Source: Candidatus Kerfeldbacteria bacterium CG15_BIG_FIL_POST_REV_8_21_14_020_45_12 (GTDB taxonomy: Bacteria > Patescibacteriota > Patescibacteriia > UBA9570 > XYC2-FULL-38-9). Taken from it: 64,000 bases of DNA. Positions 29,446 through 38,889 of the stretch are shown here, one piece after another. Numbering within the stretch: the first letter of the stretch is position 1; each line of letters begins with the position of its first letter. A program made the position numbers and the translations under genes. The stretch spans positions 13,589 to 77,588 of the forward strand of contig PFGC01000037.1 of assembly GCA_002781785.1 (NCBI GenBank), read 5' to 3'. Under the pieces are notes generated by a model, which was not told the DNA's origin, made no database searches, and saw only the letters and a list, made by a program, of their open reading frames with translations.

Positions 29446-31221
29446 ATGAAATCATTCAATTCAATACAAACTAATTTACGCTATATTTGGCCATATATTT
29501 GGCGATATCGAAAGTGGTCAGCTCTGGTTATTCTCTTTGTCTTGCTGAAAGAGTTATCGGTACTGGGAGAGCCGTTAATTTATCGTCAGGTCATCCTGGT
29601 CTTTGAATCGTTATTTGCCCTTGAAATTACCCATGACTTAGCTATCCAAAAAACCATCTTCTTAATCATTGGCTTTGTTTGCCTGCAGGGGTTGGTCATT
29701 GTCTCTAACGGTTTGATGTTACATTTTACCAATCGCTTGGATGCTTCAGCTATGCGAGATGGTGCAAACGACTTTGTTGGTAAGGTGCTTAACTTATCAT
29801 TTAGGTTTCACTCCGAACGTAAAACTGGAAAACTAGCCAAGGAATTTGCTCGGGGTGTTAATGGTATTGAGGCATTTCTGGATGCCTTTGTCTTCAACCT
29901 AATACCGTTGTTAATTCGTTTGACTGTAATATTCATTGTCTACGTTGTTATTGAGTGGCGCATTGCTCTGGTTCTGTTGGTTCAAGCTATTGTATTTTGT
30001 GTCTTCACGATTATCGCCTCTATCAAAATGCAGCATCGGCGTGATACCGCTAATTCGTTCGACGATGAAGGTTCAAGAAAGGCGATGGATGCTCTAATGA
30101 ATGCGGAGGTAGTTAAGTACTTTCATCAAGAACAAGAAGAGATAAAGTCATTCAAAAAGACTAGGCAGGTTTGGAAAGACAACAAGCAGTATGAGTGGGA
30201 CGGTTGGAAATGGGTTAGTAGCGGCCAGATTCTGATTAACGTCTCTTCGGTCGTAATACTATTGATGATAGCTATCCCATTACTTATATCTGGAGATATG
30301 GGCCTAGCTAACTTCGTCTTGGTGATCAGTTACCTTGGTTACCTTGTTGGTATCTTGTGGGACTTTCAGCATCACGTTCGTCGTTTGCAAGAAGCTCTAA
30401 CCGATTTAACCGCCTTCTTCAGCTACTTTGGAAAGGAGAATGAAATCTCCGATGCAGCTTCAGCTAAAACATTAGAAGTTAAGCAGGGCTTAATCCGTTT
30501 TGAACAGGTGCAGTTTGCCTACCAGGGAAGTAGTGGAGTGTTTGAGGATCTATCTTTCACAGTGCCGGCTGGAAAGAGTGTTGCGCTGGTTGGTCCATCG
30601 GGAGTTGGTAAGTCAACTATCATAAAAATGTTATATAGGTTTTATGAACCAACTGGCGGGTATATCACGATTGATGGTCAAAACATTAACGAGGTAACCC
30701 AGCAATCATTGAGGCAGCAGTTGTCCATTGTGCCGCAAGAAACAGCGCTGTTTAATGAAACGGTTGCTTACAACATTGCTTACGGTACTAAGGCTGTTAC
30801 CCGAGAACAGATTGAAACAGCGGCTCGCGAGGCCCACGCCGACGAACTGATTGCCAACTTACCACAAGGTTATGATACCTTGGTTGGTGAAAGAGGTGTG
30901 AAGTTGTCAGGTGGGGAGAAGCAGCGTATTGCCATAGCTCGAGCCTTCCTGCGCGACGCGCCAATCCTAGTATTAGACGAAGCTACCTCAAGTTTGGATT
31001 CAGCCTCAGAGGCAGAAATTCAACTGGCGCTTAAAGGCTTAATGAATGGTAGAACCACTCTAATTATTGCTCATCGATTATCGACAATAATGTCGGCCGA
31101 TCTGATAATTGTGCTCAGCGACGGTGGTATTGTTCAACAAGGGACACATGAGGAATTGCTAGAACATGGTGGATTATACCAAAAGCTTTGGGAACTCCAG
31201 GCTGGCGGTTATATCGAATAG
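29446..31221 (+). CDS. ABC transporter permease/ATPase fusion (MsbA-like exporter)
   Basis: 591 aa; 6 TM segments, Walker A GPSGVGKST, signature LSGGEKQR, Walker B ILVLDEATS. Confidence 0.85.
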   Translation: MKSFNSIQTNLRYIWPYIWRYRKWSALVILFVLLKELSVLGEPLIYRQVILVFESLFALEITHDLAIQKTIFLIIGFVCLQGLVIVSNGLMLHFTNRLDASAMRDGANDFVGKVLNLSFRFHSERKTGKLAKEFARGVNGIEAFLDAFVFNLIPLLIRLTVIFIVYVVIEWRIALVLLVQAIVFCVFTIIASIKMQHRRDTANSFDDEGSRKAMDALMNAEVVKYFHQEQEEIKSFKKTRQVWKDNKQYEWDGWKWVSSGQILINVSSVVILLMIAIPLLISGDMGLANFVLVISYLGYLVGILWDFQHHVRRLQEALTDLTAFFSYFGKENEISDAASAKTLEVKQGLIRFEQVQFAYQGSSGVFEDLSFTVPAGKSVALVGPSGVGKSTIIKMLYRFYEPTGGYITIDGQNINEVTQQSLRQQLSIVPQETALFNETVAYNIAYGTKAVTREQIETAAREAHADELIANLPQGYDTLVGERGVKLSGGEKQRIAIARAFLRDAPILVLDEATSSLDSASEAEIQLALKGLMNGRTTLIIAHRLSTIMSADLIIVLSDGGIVQQGTHEELLEHGGLYQKLWELQAGGYIE

Positions 31222-31292
31222 AATTGAGGCGCTCTATTGGTGGGGCGCTTCTTTTCTTTGCCAAAAATGCCTAGTATGGTATGTAGTGTTAT

Positions 31293-32447
31293 ATGAATAC
31301 TGTTAGCAAAGAAATAATTTATCTGGATCATGCTGCTACAACCCCAGTTCGGGAAGAAGTTGCGGCAGCGATGTTGTCCTGGCAGGCAGTAGAATTTGGA
31401 AACCCCTCAAGTCAGTATAGTTTGGGTTATTCAGCGCGGCAGGCGCTTGATGACGCTAGGGCTCAGGTAGCCGCAGCTTTAGGTTGCTCACCGCAAGAGG
31501 TTGTTTTTACCGGCGGTGGAACTGAGAGTGCCAATTTGGCAGTTTTGGGTTCAGCTAGATTTATTGGGCAGGGGAGTGTAGTGACCACTGCTATTGAGCA
31601 TGCTGCCGTTTTGGATAGCTGTCAGCAACTTGAGCGGGAAGGATTTACTCGCAAAATAGTTAAGGTGCCAAAAAACGGAATTGTTGATGCTCACTCAGTC
31701 GCAGCTATGGTGGATGAATCAACGGTGTTGGTGAGTGTGATGTTGGCTAATAATGAAATCGGAACCATTCAACCAGTTTCTAAAATTGTTCAGGCGGTTA
31801 AAGCTAAAAATCCAAAAACGTTAGTTCATACCGATGCTTGCCAGGCTACGGGATCCTTGAGTATTAATGTTGATGAGCTGGGAGTTGATTTGTTAACCTT
31901 AAATTCTAGTAAGATTTATGGTCCAAAGGGAGTTGGCGCTTTGTATGTGAAACGTGGTGTTAAGCTGCAGCCGCTAATGTTTGGTGGCGACCAAGAGCAG
32001 TCCCTGCGGCCAGGTACAGAAAATGTTTCTGGTATTGTCGGATTTGGTTTAGCGGTAGAGCTAGCTGTTGCAGAACGTGAGACTGAGAGTGAACGCCTGA
32101 GCAAATTGCGAGATGAGTTAATTGATGAGCTTATTCAGAAAATTCCAGGAGCAGAGCTAAATGGTGCCCGTGAACCGCGACTGCCCAATAATATTAATAT
32201 ATTTTTTCCAAATATTGATGGTGAAGCGTTGCTGGTGTATCTTAATCAGGCGGGGGTAGCCGCTTCATTAGGGTCGGCTTGTGCCGCCGGATCGCTTGAT
32301 CCGTCACACGTACTGTTGGCACTGGGCTATTCCAAAGCAGATGCTCGTCGTAGTCTACGGCTAACCCTTGGTCGGGCGACTACTAGTCAACAGATTGATA
32401 GAGTAATTAAAATCGTTGTTGATATTATTAACAAAGTGACTCAATAA
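31293..32447 (+). CDS. Cysteine desulfurase (NifS/IscS class I)
   Basis: LDHAATTP N-terminus, pyridoxal-phosphate lysine context SSKIYGPKG, active-site GSACAAGS. Confidence 0.85.
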   Translation: MNTVSKEIIYLDHAATTPVREEVAAAMLSWQAVEFGNPSSQYSLGYSARQALDDARAQVAAALGCSPQEVVFTGGGTESANLAVLGSARFIGQGSVVTTAIEHAAVLDSCQQLEREGFTRKIVKVPKNGIVDAHSVAAMVDESTVLVSVMLANNEIGTIQPVSKIVQAVKAKNPKTLVHTDACQATGSLSINVDELGVDLLTLNSSKIYGPKGVGALYVKRGVKLQPLMFGGDQEQSLRPGTENVSGIVGFGLAVELAVAERETESERLSKLRDELIDELIQKIPGAELNGAREPRLPNNINIFFPNIDGEALLVYLNQAGVAASLGSACAAGSLDPSHVLLALGYSKADARRSLRLTLGRATTSQQIDRVIKIVVDIINKVTQ

Positions 32448-32452
32448 ATATT

Positions 32453-32674
32453 ATGGCTTATTCCGTAGAGGTTATTCGTGAGGCTTGTATCGGCGCTGGT
32501 AGTTGCGCTGTGTTGGCGGCTGGAACCATCGAGATGGACGATGAGAACATTGCTGTTGTCGTTAAACAGAATGGAGATTCTGACGAGGATATTTTGGCGG
32601 CCGCTCAGTCCTGCCCGGTGGACGCGATTATAGTGCGTGACGAGACTGGAAATCAAATTTGGCCAGAGGCTTAG
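32453..32674 (+). CDS. Small single-cluster ferredoxin
   Basis: 73 aa with C..GAGSC....C..CP spacing; sits 6 nt downstream of nifS. Confidence 0.7.
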   Translation: MAYSVEVIREACIGAGSCAVLAAGTIEMDDENIAVVVKQNGDSDEDILAAAQSCPVDAIIVRDETGNQIWPEA

Positions 32675-32698
32675 TTAGTTTTTTTGCACGTACAGACA

Positions 32699-32727
32699 TT
32701 GACGAAATTGTCTTTTTTTGCTACAAT
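32699..32727 (+). promoter_or_regulatory. Strong sigma70-like promoter TTGACG-17-TACAAT
   Basis: Near-consensus hexamers with an exact 17-nt spacer in the AT-rich intergenic DNA after the ferredoxin gene. Confidence 0.55.
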
Positions 32728-32769
32728 AGATACAGAACGTAAATAAAAAGAAAAACAAACAAAAAAGGT

Positions 32770-32880
32770 ATGCAGATCGATCATAGGACCGAGCGCTTGA
32801 TGTTTCGCATCTCTGTGCTCTTTGTCGGGGTGTCTAGCTTGCTAACACTGGCTATGATATCGCCGATGGTAATAGGGTAA
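32770..32880 (+). CDS. Orphan small hydrophobic peptide (36 aa; internal ATG gives 26 aa), possibly a type I toxin-like peptide or sRNA
   Basis: MQIDHRTERLMFRISVLFVGVSSLLTLAMISPMVIG lies between a consensus promoter and a terminator. It was not in the supplied ORF track because it is under 60 aa. Confidence 0.25.
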   Translation: MQIDHRTERLMFRISVLFVGVSSLLTLAMISPMVIG

Positions 32881-32902
32881 GTTATATAAAATAGTCTTAC
32901 CA

Positions 32903-32925
32903 CCCCGCAGTTTTGCGGGGTTTTT
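32903..32925 (+). terminator. Rho-independent terminator
   Basis: CCCCGC-agtttt-GCGGGG then TTTTT. Confidence 0.75.
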
Positions 32926-32968
32926 AGTAAAAAAAAGAAGCCCGGTCGATCGCAGGTGATCGAACGGA

Positions 32969-33499
32969 CTAGTGGCTCGCGAAGCTCAGGCTGGGGCGAG
33001 TAGCGCCGCCAAAGTGCTCGGCGAGCCACGAGCGCATCTTGTCGGTCGGGAAGGGGGCGATGTTGCCAGTTCCCGGATCGCGGACGAGCTGCAGCCAGCC
33101 TTCGGTGTAGGCCCAGTCCCCGGGGAGGACGGGGAAGCTGGCGCGGAAGCGGTGTCCGACAGGGTCGGGAAGCCCGAAGCGAGCGTCTCCGAGGTCGTTC
33201 TGGATGACGGCCATTGCGGAGGTGTTGTCGCCGTACTGGCGCAGGACGGCCACGCAGAGCAGGCAGTCCCAGCAGCGGCCGGGGCCAAGCAGGTCGGGCA
33301 GTCGCCGCCATTCCAGCCGATCGGTGCTCAGGGGTACCGCTGTGTTGGGATGCTCCCATCGGACGATGCCCTGGTGGATGGCGACTGTAATCGGCCACAG
33401 GGTGCCGATGATCGAGTGCGCCCTGAGATCGCGGAGGGCATGGGGTGAGGAGGGGGGCCCTTCGGCGGTGGGCACCCAGGTTGCAGGACGATGCTTCAT
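32969..33499 (-). CDS. Hypothetical protein (177 aa) in a GC-rich island, with a CxxCxxC motif
   Basis: ATG at 33499 with a GGAG ribosome-binding site. The amino-acid composition is balanced (MKHRPATWVP...GRCWDCLLC...WLAEHFGG), whereas overlapping frames are Arg/Pro/Ala low-complexity. GC3-rich codons. Confidence 0.45.
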   Translation of the reverse strand: MKHRPATWVPTAEGPPSSPHALRDLRAHSIIGTLWPITVAIHQGIVRWEHPNTAVPLSTDRLEWRRLPDLLGPGRCWDCLLCVAVLRQYGDNTSAMAVIQNDLGDARFGLPDPVGHRFRASFPVLPGDWAYTEGWLQLVRDPGTGNIAPFPTDKMRSWLAEHFGGATRPSLSFASH

Positions 33500-33614
33500 C
33501 GAGACTCCACGGGTTTGTCGGCTTACTGTCTGCCGAGCTGAGGAAACGAACACCTCAATGGGTGTTGCCTGTATGTATCAAGAATACCCTGGCTCGTCAA
33601 TGATTCGGCCCCTC

Positions 33615-33642
33615 TTGACACTGCAAAATAGGTGAGTATACT
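33615..33642 (+). promoter_or_regulatory. hrcA promoter TTGACA-16-TATACT
   Basis: Consensus -35 box immediately upstream of the CIRCE element. Confidence 0.6.
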
Positions 33643-33646
33643 GCTA

Positions 33647-33673
33647 TTAGCACTCAGCCAATGAGAGTGCTAA
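33647..33673 (+). promoter_or_regulatory. CIRCE operator (HrcA binding site) TTAGCACTC-N9-GAGTGCTAA
   Basis: Perfect match to the canonical CIRCE inverted repeat, 25 nt upstream of hrcA. Confidence 0.9.
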
Positions 33674-33697
33674 ATCAGGCACTAAATCCCTGGAAAT

Positions 33698-34423
33698 ATG
33701 GGAAAAAAAGAACGACAAGAGAACTTACTCCGGGTCATTGTGCAGGAGTATATTGCCACCGCAAAGCCAGTTAGCTCCAAGCAGCTGGTGGAGAGTGGTG
33801 AGTTTGATTGTTCCCCAGCTACTTTGAGGAATGACATGGCTGAGTTAGAGGGCGAGGGCTTTATCGCTCAACCGCATACTTCGGCCGGACGCGTTCCAAC
33901 TGAAAAGGGCTATCAGTACTATATTAAGCACTTTATCGTGCCACAGCAATTAAAGGGTGCGCGAAAAGAGGCGATTGATCAGGCCGTGCAACGTCAGCCG
34001 GATGAGCGACAACTGCTCAAGGTGTTGGCCAAAACGCTAGCTGATCTGACCGACGAGACGGTCGTAATATCAATGTCCGGGCAAAACTATTACTACACTG
34101 GCATTGCGCATATGTTCCGAAAGCCGGAATTTGCTGCCCAAGCCGATTTGCTACAGGAGATTGGTGAAATGTTCGACCAAATCGACGAGGTTATGAAACA
34201 AGTTAACCATTCGGTTAGCCGCACCATGCAGGTCTTGGTTGGTCGGGAAAATCCTTTTTCGCACAACTGTTCAATGATTGTCTCCGAGCATCGCTTGGCA
34301 GACGAACAGGCAGGGGTGTTAGGGATTGTTGGACCGATGCGCATGGACTATGACGCCAACATTGCAATGTTGTCTTATGTCGAATCATTAATGGATGACT
34401 TATACGATGAGTACCGACGATAA
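33698..34423 (+). CDS. hrcA: Heat-inducible transcription repressor HrcA
   Basis: N-terminal winged helix (RVIVQEYIATAKPVSSKQL); CIRCE upstream; grpE-dnaK-dnaJ downstream. Confidence 0.9.
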   Translation: MGKKERQENLLRVIVQEYIATAKPVSSKQLVESGEFDCSPATLRNDMAELEGEGFIAQPHTSAGRVPTEKGYQYYIKHFIVPQQLKGARKEAIDQAVQRQPDERQLLKVLAKTLADLTDETVVISMSGQNYYYTGIAHMFRKPEFAAQADLLQEIGEMFDQIDEVMKQVNHSVSRTMQVLVGRENPFSHNCSMIVSEHRLADEQAGVLGIVGPMRMDYDANIAMLSYVESLMDDLYDEYRR

Positions 34424-34952
34424 TAAAACTTCGCAGGATCCGTTTGATCCAATCGCTGATCAGCCCAACGATGAGGCTGACACACGTAAAACAGCGAAGG
34501 CCAAGAAGAAAGATGAGCTGGTAACTTTAAAGGAGCAGTGCGCCGAGTATCTTGGGGGCTGGCAGCGAGCCAGGGCTGACTACGACAATTTACAGAGAGA
34601 AACCACCCGACGAATCGGCGAAACCATTAGACACGCTAATGAAGAGTTCATTCTTGAGCTACTGCCGATGGCTGATTACTTCTCTTATGCTTTCAAAGGT
34701 GTGCCAGAGGAAGATAGGGGATCAGACTGGCTGACCGGTATTGAGCACATTCAAACTAACTTCATGCGCATTATGGAAAGCCATGGTGTGACACCAATCG
34801 AAACAGTTGGACAGCCCTTTGATCCACATGTGCACGAAGCGCTCGAAGAGGTAGCTGGAGGCGAGAGTGGAATCATTGCCGAGGAAGTAGCTGCGGGGTT
34901 CAAGTTAAACGACAAGGTGATTCGTATCGCCAAAGTCAAAATCTATAAATAA
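34395..34952 (+). CDS. grpE: Nucleotide exchange factor GrpE
   Basis: Long coiled-coil, then C-terminal beta domain (GQPFDPHVHEA...). Overlaps the hrcA 3' end. Confidence 0.9.
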   Translation: MTYTMSTDDNKTSQDPFDPIADQPNDEADTRKTAKAKKKDELVTLKEQCAEYLGGWQRARADYDNLQRETTRRIGETIRHANEEFILELLPMADYFSYAFKGVPEEDRGSDWLTGIEHIQTNFMRIMESHGVTPIETVGQPFDPHVHEALEEVAGGESGIIAEEVAAGFKLNDKVIRIAKVKIYK

Positions 34953-34979
34953 TTACTGAAAATATCTAATACAACCACT

Positions 34980-36944
34980 ATGGGAAAAATTCTAGGAATC
35001 GATCTTGGAACCACGAACTCCTGTGTCGCGATTTTGGAGGGTGGTCAACCAAAGGTCATTGAAAACAAAGAAGGTAACCGTACTACACCTTCTATTGTAG
35101 CAGAGAGTAAAACTGGCGAACTGATCGTTGGACTGGCTGCTAAACGACAAGCGGTAACTAATCCAGAAAATACAGTCTTTTCAGTTAAGCGACTAATTGG
35201 TCGCCGTTGGGAAGACGAAGAAGTTCAAAAAGATGTAAAGCTGATGCCGTATGAGATCAAGCACGAGGGTGATCGCGTGACGGTAAAGATGGGGGAGAAG
35301 GAATATACTCCACAGGAAATCTCTGCAAAGATTTTACAGAAGCTAAAGACAGACGCTGAAGAAAAACTTGGTGAAAAAATTACCGAGGCGGTTATTACTG
35401 TGCCGGCTTATTTTGACGATTCACAGCGTCAGGCCACTAAGGATGCTGGAAAGATCGCTGGTCTGGATGTTAAGCGTATCATCAATGAACCGACAGCGGC
35501 GGCGTTGGCTTACGGATTTGATAAAAAGAAAGACGAAAAAATTATTGTATATGATTTGGGTGGCGGCACCTTTGATGTTTCTGTTCTAGAAGTTGGCTCT
35601 GACACCGTAGAGGTTCGGGCTACTCATGGCGACACTCATTTGGGTGGAGATGACTTCGACCAGATCTTGATTCACTGGATTTTAGAAGAGTACAAGAAGC
35701 AAGAAGGTGTTGATCTAGCCCAGGACAACCTGGCTTTACAGCGTTTAAAATCGGCTGCAGAAAAGGCGAAGATTGAACTGTCTAGTGCTATGGAGACAGA
35801 GATCAACGAGCCATTTATCGCTAACGATCCTTCCAGCGGACCAAAGCATTTGGTCATGAAGATTTCTCGAGCTAAGTTGGAGGAGCTGTGTGCTGATTTG
35901 GTAAAACGAACCTTTGGTCCAGTGGAAGAAGCTTTGAAAGACGCTGGAATGAGCAAGGGAGATATAAACGAAATCGTGCTGGTCGGTGGTCAGACTCGCA
36001 TGCCAATGATTCAACAGCAGGTAGAGGAGTACTTTGGCAAAAAGCCAAACTCCACTGTTAATCCTGACGAAGTTGTGGCCATGGGCGCAGCTGTTCAAGC
36101 TGGAGTACTGCAAGGAGATGTTAAAGATGTCTTACTGCTTGATGTTATTCCATTGTCACTTGGTATTGAAACCTTGGGTGGTGTAGCTACTAAGCTCATC
36201 GAACGTAATACTACTATCCCAACACAGAAACAGCAGATTTTTTCGACTGCCGCTGATAACCAAACTTCAGTTGAAGTACACGTTGTGCAGGGTGAGCGTG
36301 AGTTAGCTAACGATAACAAGTCTCTTGGAAGATTTATTCTCTCTGGCATTCCACCGTCTCCGCGTGGCGTTCCTCAAGTGGAAGTTGCCTTTGATGTGGA
36401 TGCTAACGGTATCTTGAATGTTACCGCTAAGGATAAAGCTACCAACAAAGAACAATCTATTCGGATTGAGGCTTCTAGTGGTTTGAGCGATGACGAGATT
36501 CAAAAAATGACCAAGGATGCTGAAGAGCACGCCGATGAAGATAGAAAGAAGAAGGAGTTAATCGAGTCAAAGAATATCGGTGAGACGATGATCTACACTA
36601 CTGAGAAGGCTTTGAAAGATGCGGAAGAGCACGTGAAGTCAGGTGAGATCAGTCAAGATGATGTAAAAAATATTCAAGACAAGATTGAGGACCTGAAAAA
36701 GAAGTTGGAAGGTGAAGACCTTGAGGCAATTAAAAAAGCTGGTGACGATTTATCAACGGCCGCTCAAAAAATTGGTGAGATTCTCTACGCTAAAGAACAG
36801 GAGAAATCTGGCGCGGAGGCAGGCGAAGGTGCTACTCCAGGCGAAGAAAAAACTGACGACGTGGTTGATGCTGACTTCGAAGAAAAAACAGACAACGAGT
36901 CAGAAGAAAAGTCAGACGATGCGGCGAAGGGTGAAGATAAATAG
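34980..36944 (+). CDS. dnaK: Chaperone DnaK (Hsp70)
   Basis: [22 protein letters not shown] and the full Hsp70 architecture. Confidence 0.97.
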   Translation: MGKILGIDLGTTNSCVAILEGGQPKVIENKEGNRTTPSIVAESKTGELIVGLAAKRQAVTNPENTVFSVKRLIGRRWEDEEVQKDVKLMPYEIKHEGDRVTVKMGEKEYTPQEISAKILQKLKTDAEEKLGEKITEAVITVPAYFDDSQRQATKDAGKIAGLDVKRIINEPTAAALAYGFDKKKDEKIIVYDLGGGTFDVSVLEVGSDTVEVRATHGDTHLGGDDFDQILIHWILEEYKKQEGVDLAQDNLALQRLKSAAEKAKIELSSAMETEINEPFIANDPSSGPKHLVMKISRAKLEELCADLVKRTFGPVEEALKDAGMSKGDINEIVLVGGQTRMPMIQQQVEEYFGKKPNSTVNPDEVVAMGAAVQAGVLQGDVKDVLLLDVIPLSLGIETLGGVATKLIERNTTIPTQKQQIFSTAADNQTSVEVHVVQGERELANDNKSLGRFILSGIPPSPRGVPQVEVAFDVDANGILNVTAKDKATNKEQSIRIEASSGLSDDEIQKMTKDAEEHADEDRKKKELIESKNIGETMIYTTEKALKDAEEHVKSGEISQDDVKNIQDKIEDLKKKLEGEDLEAIKKAGDDLSTAAQKIGEILYAKEQEKSGAEAGEGATPGEEKTDDVVDADFEEKTDNESEEKSDDAAKGEDK

Positions 36945-36973
36945 TTTACTCTAGGTAAATAAAAACAAACCTT

Positions 36974-37630
36974 ATGAAGAAAGCTCATCTGCTCACCATT
37001 TCACTAATCACAGCTACTGCTTTAATGTATGCAGTTGGAACACAGGCAGTTAGTGATTCGCCAGCTGGATTTGTTGATACGCCACTTGATACCAAGCCAG
37101 TTAAGGCAATTGATAAGGATTCAGGAAAGGGTGTTGTCGTTCTAAAAAATAAACTGACCGGCAAAGAGCTGGAACGATTTACAGCTTTTAGTGGCGGCGG
37201 TGTTGATGCGCGCTTGGCTAACGTTGGTACGAGTGGTGAGCAGAAGGGTGTTTTGGCCATGCAAGAGCAAAAAGGCAAGTTTATGAAGTTGTACACGCGT
37301 GATGGAGAGTTATTAGCCACCCGCAAGGTGTCCAATAAAAAAGTGCATCATGAATACACCGCCGGTAAGTTAGTGGCAGACGATGATGAAAATTACATCG
37401 TAGCCGCGCGCAAAACTGGAAGTGATGATCAGGTTCTGTTGCTAGTTTATAGCTATAATGAAGACAACCGGACACTTGATCGAGTAACTTCCAAAACTGT
37501 AACTGGACTTGATAGCACAGTGATTGATGACGGCTTCGGTCTGATTATTGGTAAAAGGAAGTTGAAGTTAAATGATGAAAAGGGTAATAATCTAGCGACT
37601 CTGGAACTTGATGGTAGGACGTTACAATAA
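36974..37630 (+). CDS. Secreted hypothetical protein inserted between dnaK and dnaJ
   Basis: 218 aa with an N-terminal signal peptide (MKKAHLLTISLITATALMYAVGTQA); no family recognised. Confidence 0.45.
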   Translation: MKKAHLLTISLITATALMYAVGTQAVSDSPAGFVDTPLDTKPVKAIDKDSGKGVVVLKNKLTGKELERFTAFSGGGVDARLANVGTSGEQKGVLAMQEQKGKFMKLYTRDGELLATRKVSNKKVHHEYTAGKLVADDDENYIVAARKTGSDDQVLLLVYSYNEDNRTLDRVTSKTVTGLDSTVIDDGFGLIIGKRKLKLNDEKGNNLATLELDGRTLQ

Positions 37631-37723
37631 TAAGTTAATTAGGCTCGCTGCTTAACGGCGCCACCCCGTCAGTCCAGTTGGGCTGACGGGGTCCCCGTCG
37701 CCTCGCGCGCTCGCAGTAAATTC

Positions 37724-38815
37724 ATGTCTAAAGACTATTACAACATACTCGGGGTGGAGAAGGGCGTTAGTGAAGATGAGCTAAAGAAGGCCTATCGGAA
37801 ACTAGCGCATAAGTATCACCCAGATAAAGAAGGTGGCGACGAAGCCAAATTTAAGGAGGTTAACGAGGCCTATCAGGTTTTGAGTAGCCCAGACAAGCGC
37901 AAAATGTACGACCAGTACGGCGAGGCCGGCGTCAACGGTGCCGCTGGTGGCGGACCAGGCGGAATGAATTGGGAAGACATCATGCGTCAAGGTGGTTTTG
38001 CCGGAGGTGGTCAGGGTGTTGAATTTGACCTAGGAGATATTTTTTCAGAGTTTTTTGGCGGCGGTGGACGCCGAGGTCAAAAACAGCAACAGCGCGGTAG
38101 TGATATTCAGATGGACTTGACCATGACCTTTAAAGAGGCTGCCTTTGGTCTTAAAAAAACCCTTAACGTGTTAAAGGGGTCTACTTGCAGTACTTGTTCT
38201 GGCAATGGTGCCAAGCCTGGTACTCCTATTAAAGAATGTACTACTTGCAAAGGGGCTGGTGTGGTTGAACAATTACAGCGCAGCGTGTTTGGAGCGGTTA
38301 GGTCGCACGTGGCCTGTGAGGCTTGTAAAGGTCGCGGTAAAACTGTCGAGACAGCTTGTGAGACCTGTCATGGAAAGGGCGTTGAACGCAAAGACACTGC
38401 CTTGGAAGTAGACATTCCAGCTGGCATTGATGATGGTCAAACAATTCGTATTACTGGCCAAGGAGAGGCCGGAGAATTTGGCGCACAGTCTGGTGATTTA
38501 TTTGTAACGGTTCATGTTAAATCCCACGATGGCTGGGAGCGCGATGGCGATAATATTTATTCAGAAACAGAAATTCCGTTTGCTACTTTAGTAATGGGTG
38601 GGACTATTATAGTGGATACCCTGGACGGTAAGATGGAAGTAAAAGTACCTAGTGGTACCGGCAGTGGTAAGCAGCTTAGGTTACGCGGAACCGGGGTAAC
38701 CCGTTTGCATGGTGGAGGCCGAGGCGATCACATTATTACCGTTCAAGTTGAGGTGCCTAAAAAAGTTTCGAGTAAGTATAAAAAGATTCTCAAGCAACTG
38801 TCTGAACTAGACTAA
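37724..38815 (+). CDS. dnaJ: Chaperone DnaJ
   Basis: J-domain HPD (KYHPDKE), G/F-rich region, and four CxxCxGxG zinc-finger repeats. Confidence 0.95.
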   Translation: MSKDYYNILGVEKGVSEDELKKAYRKLAHKYHPDKEGGDEAKFKEVNEAYQVLSSPDKRKMYDQYGEAGVNGAAGGGPGGMNWEDIMRQGGFAGGGQGVEFDLGDIFSEFFGGGGRRGQKQQQRGSDIQMDLTMTFKEAAFGLKKTLNVLKGSTCSTCSGNGAKPGTPIKECTTCKGAGVVEQLQRSVFGAVRSHVACEACKGRGKTVETACETCHGKGVERKDTALEVDIPAGIDDGQTIRITGQGEAGEFGAQSGDLFVTVHVKSHDGWERDGDNIYSETEIPFATLVMGGTIIVDTLDGKMEVKVPSGTGSGKQLRLRGTGVTRLHGGGRGDHIITVQVEVPKKVSSKYKKILKQLSELD

Positions 38816-38819
38816 GTAA

Positions 38820-38842
38820 CACCGCCAATCGGCGGTGTTTTT
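38820..38842 (+). terminator. Rho-independent terminator after dnaJ
   Basis: CACCGCC-aatc-GGCGGTG then TTTTT. A second bidirectional hairpin (ATCCC-ctcat-GGGAT flanked by A/T runs) lies at 38849-38878. Confidence 0.8.
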
Positions 38843-38889
38843 ACAAACAAAAAATCCCCTCATGGGATCAATTTTTTTATAGAAAAGAG

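Noticed and set aside
32781-33398. 205-aa minus-strand ORF rich in Arg/Pro/Ala that overlaps the small-peptide cassette and the island
   Set aside because: Low-complexity composition of the kind produced by an off-frame in high-GC DNA. It also runs antisense through a clean promoter-ORF-terminator unit. The 32969-33499 frame, with balanced composition and a ribosome-binding site, is preferred.
32972-33635. Plus-strand ORFs 32972-33448 and 33204-33635 in the GC-rich island
   Set aside because: Ala/Gly-rich and Arg/Ser-rich low-complexity translations. These are typical spurious frames of GC-rich sequence and have no ribosome-binding site.
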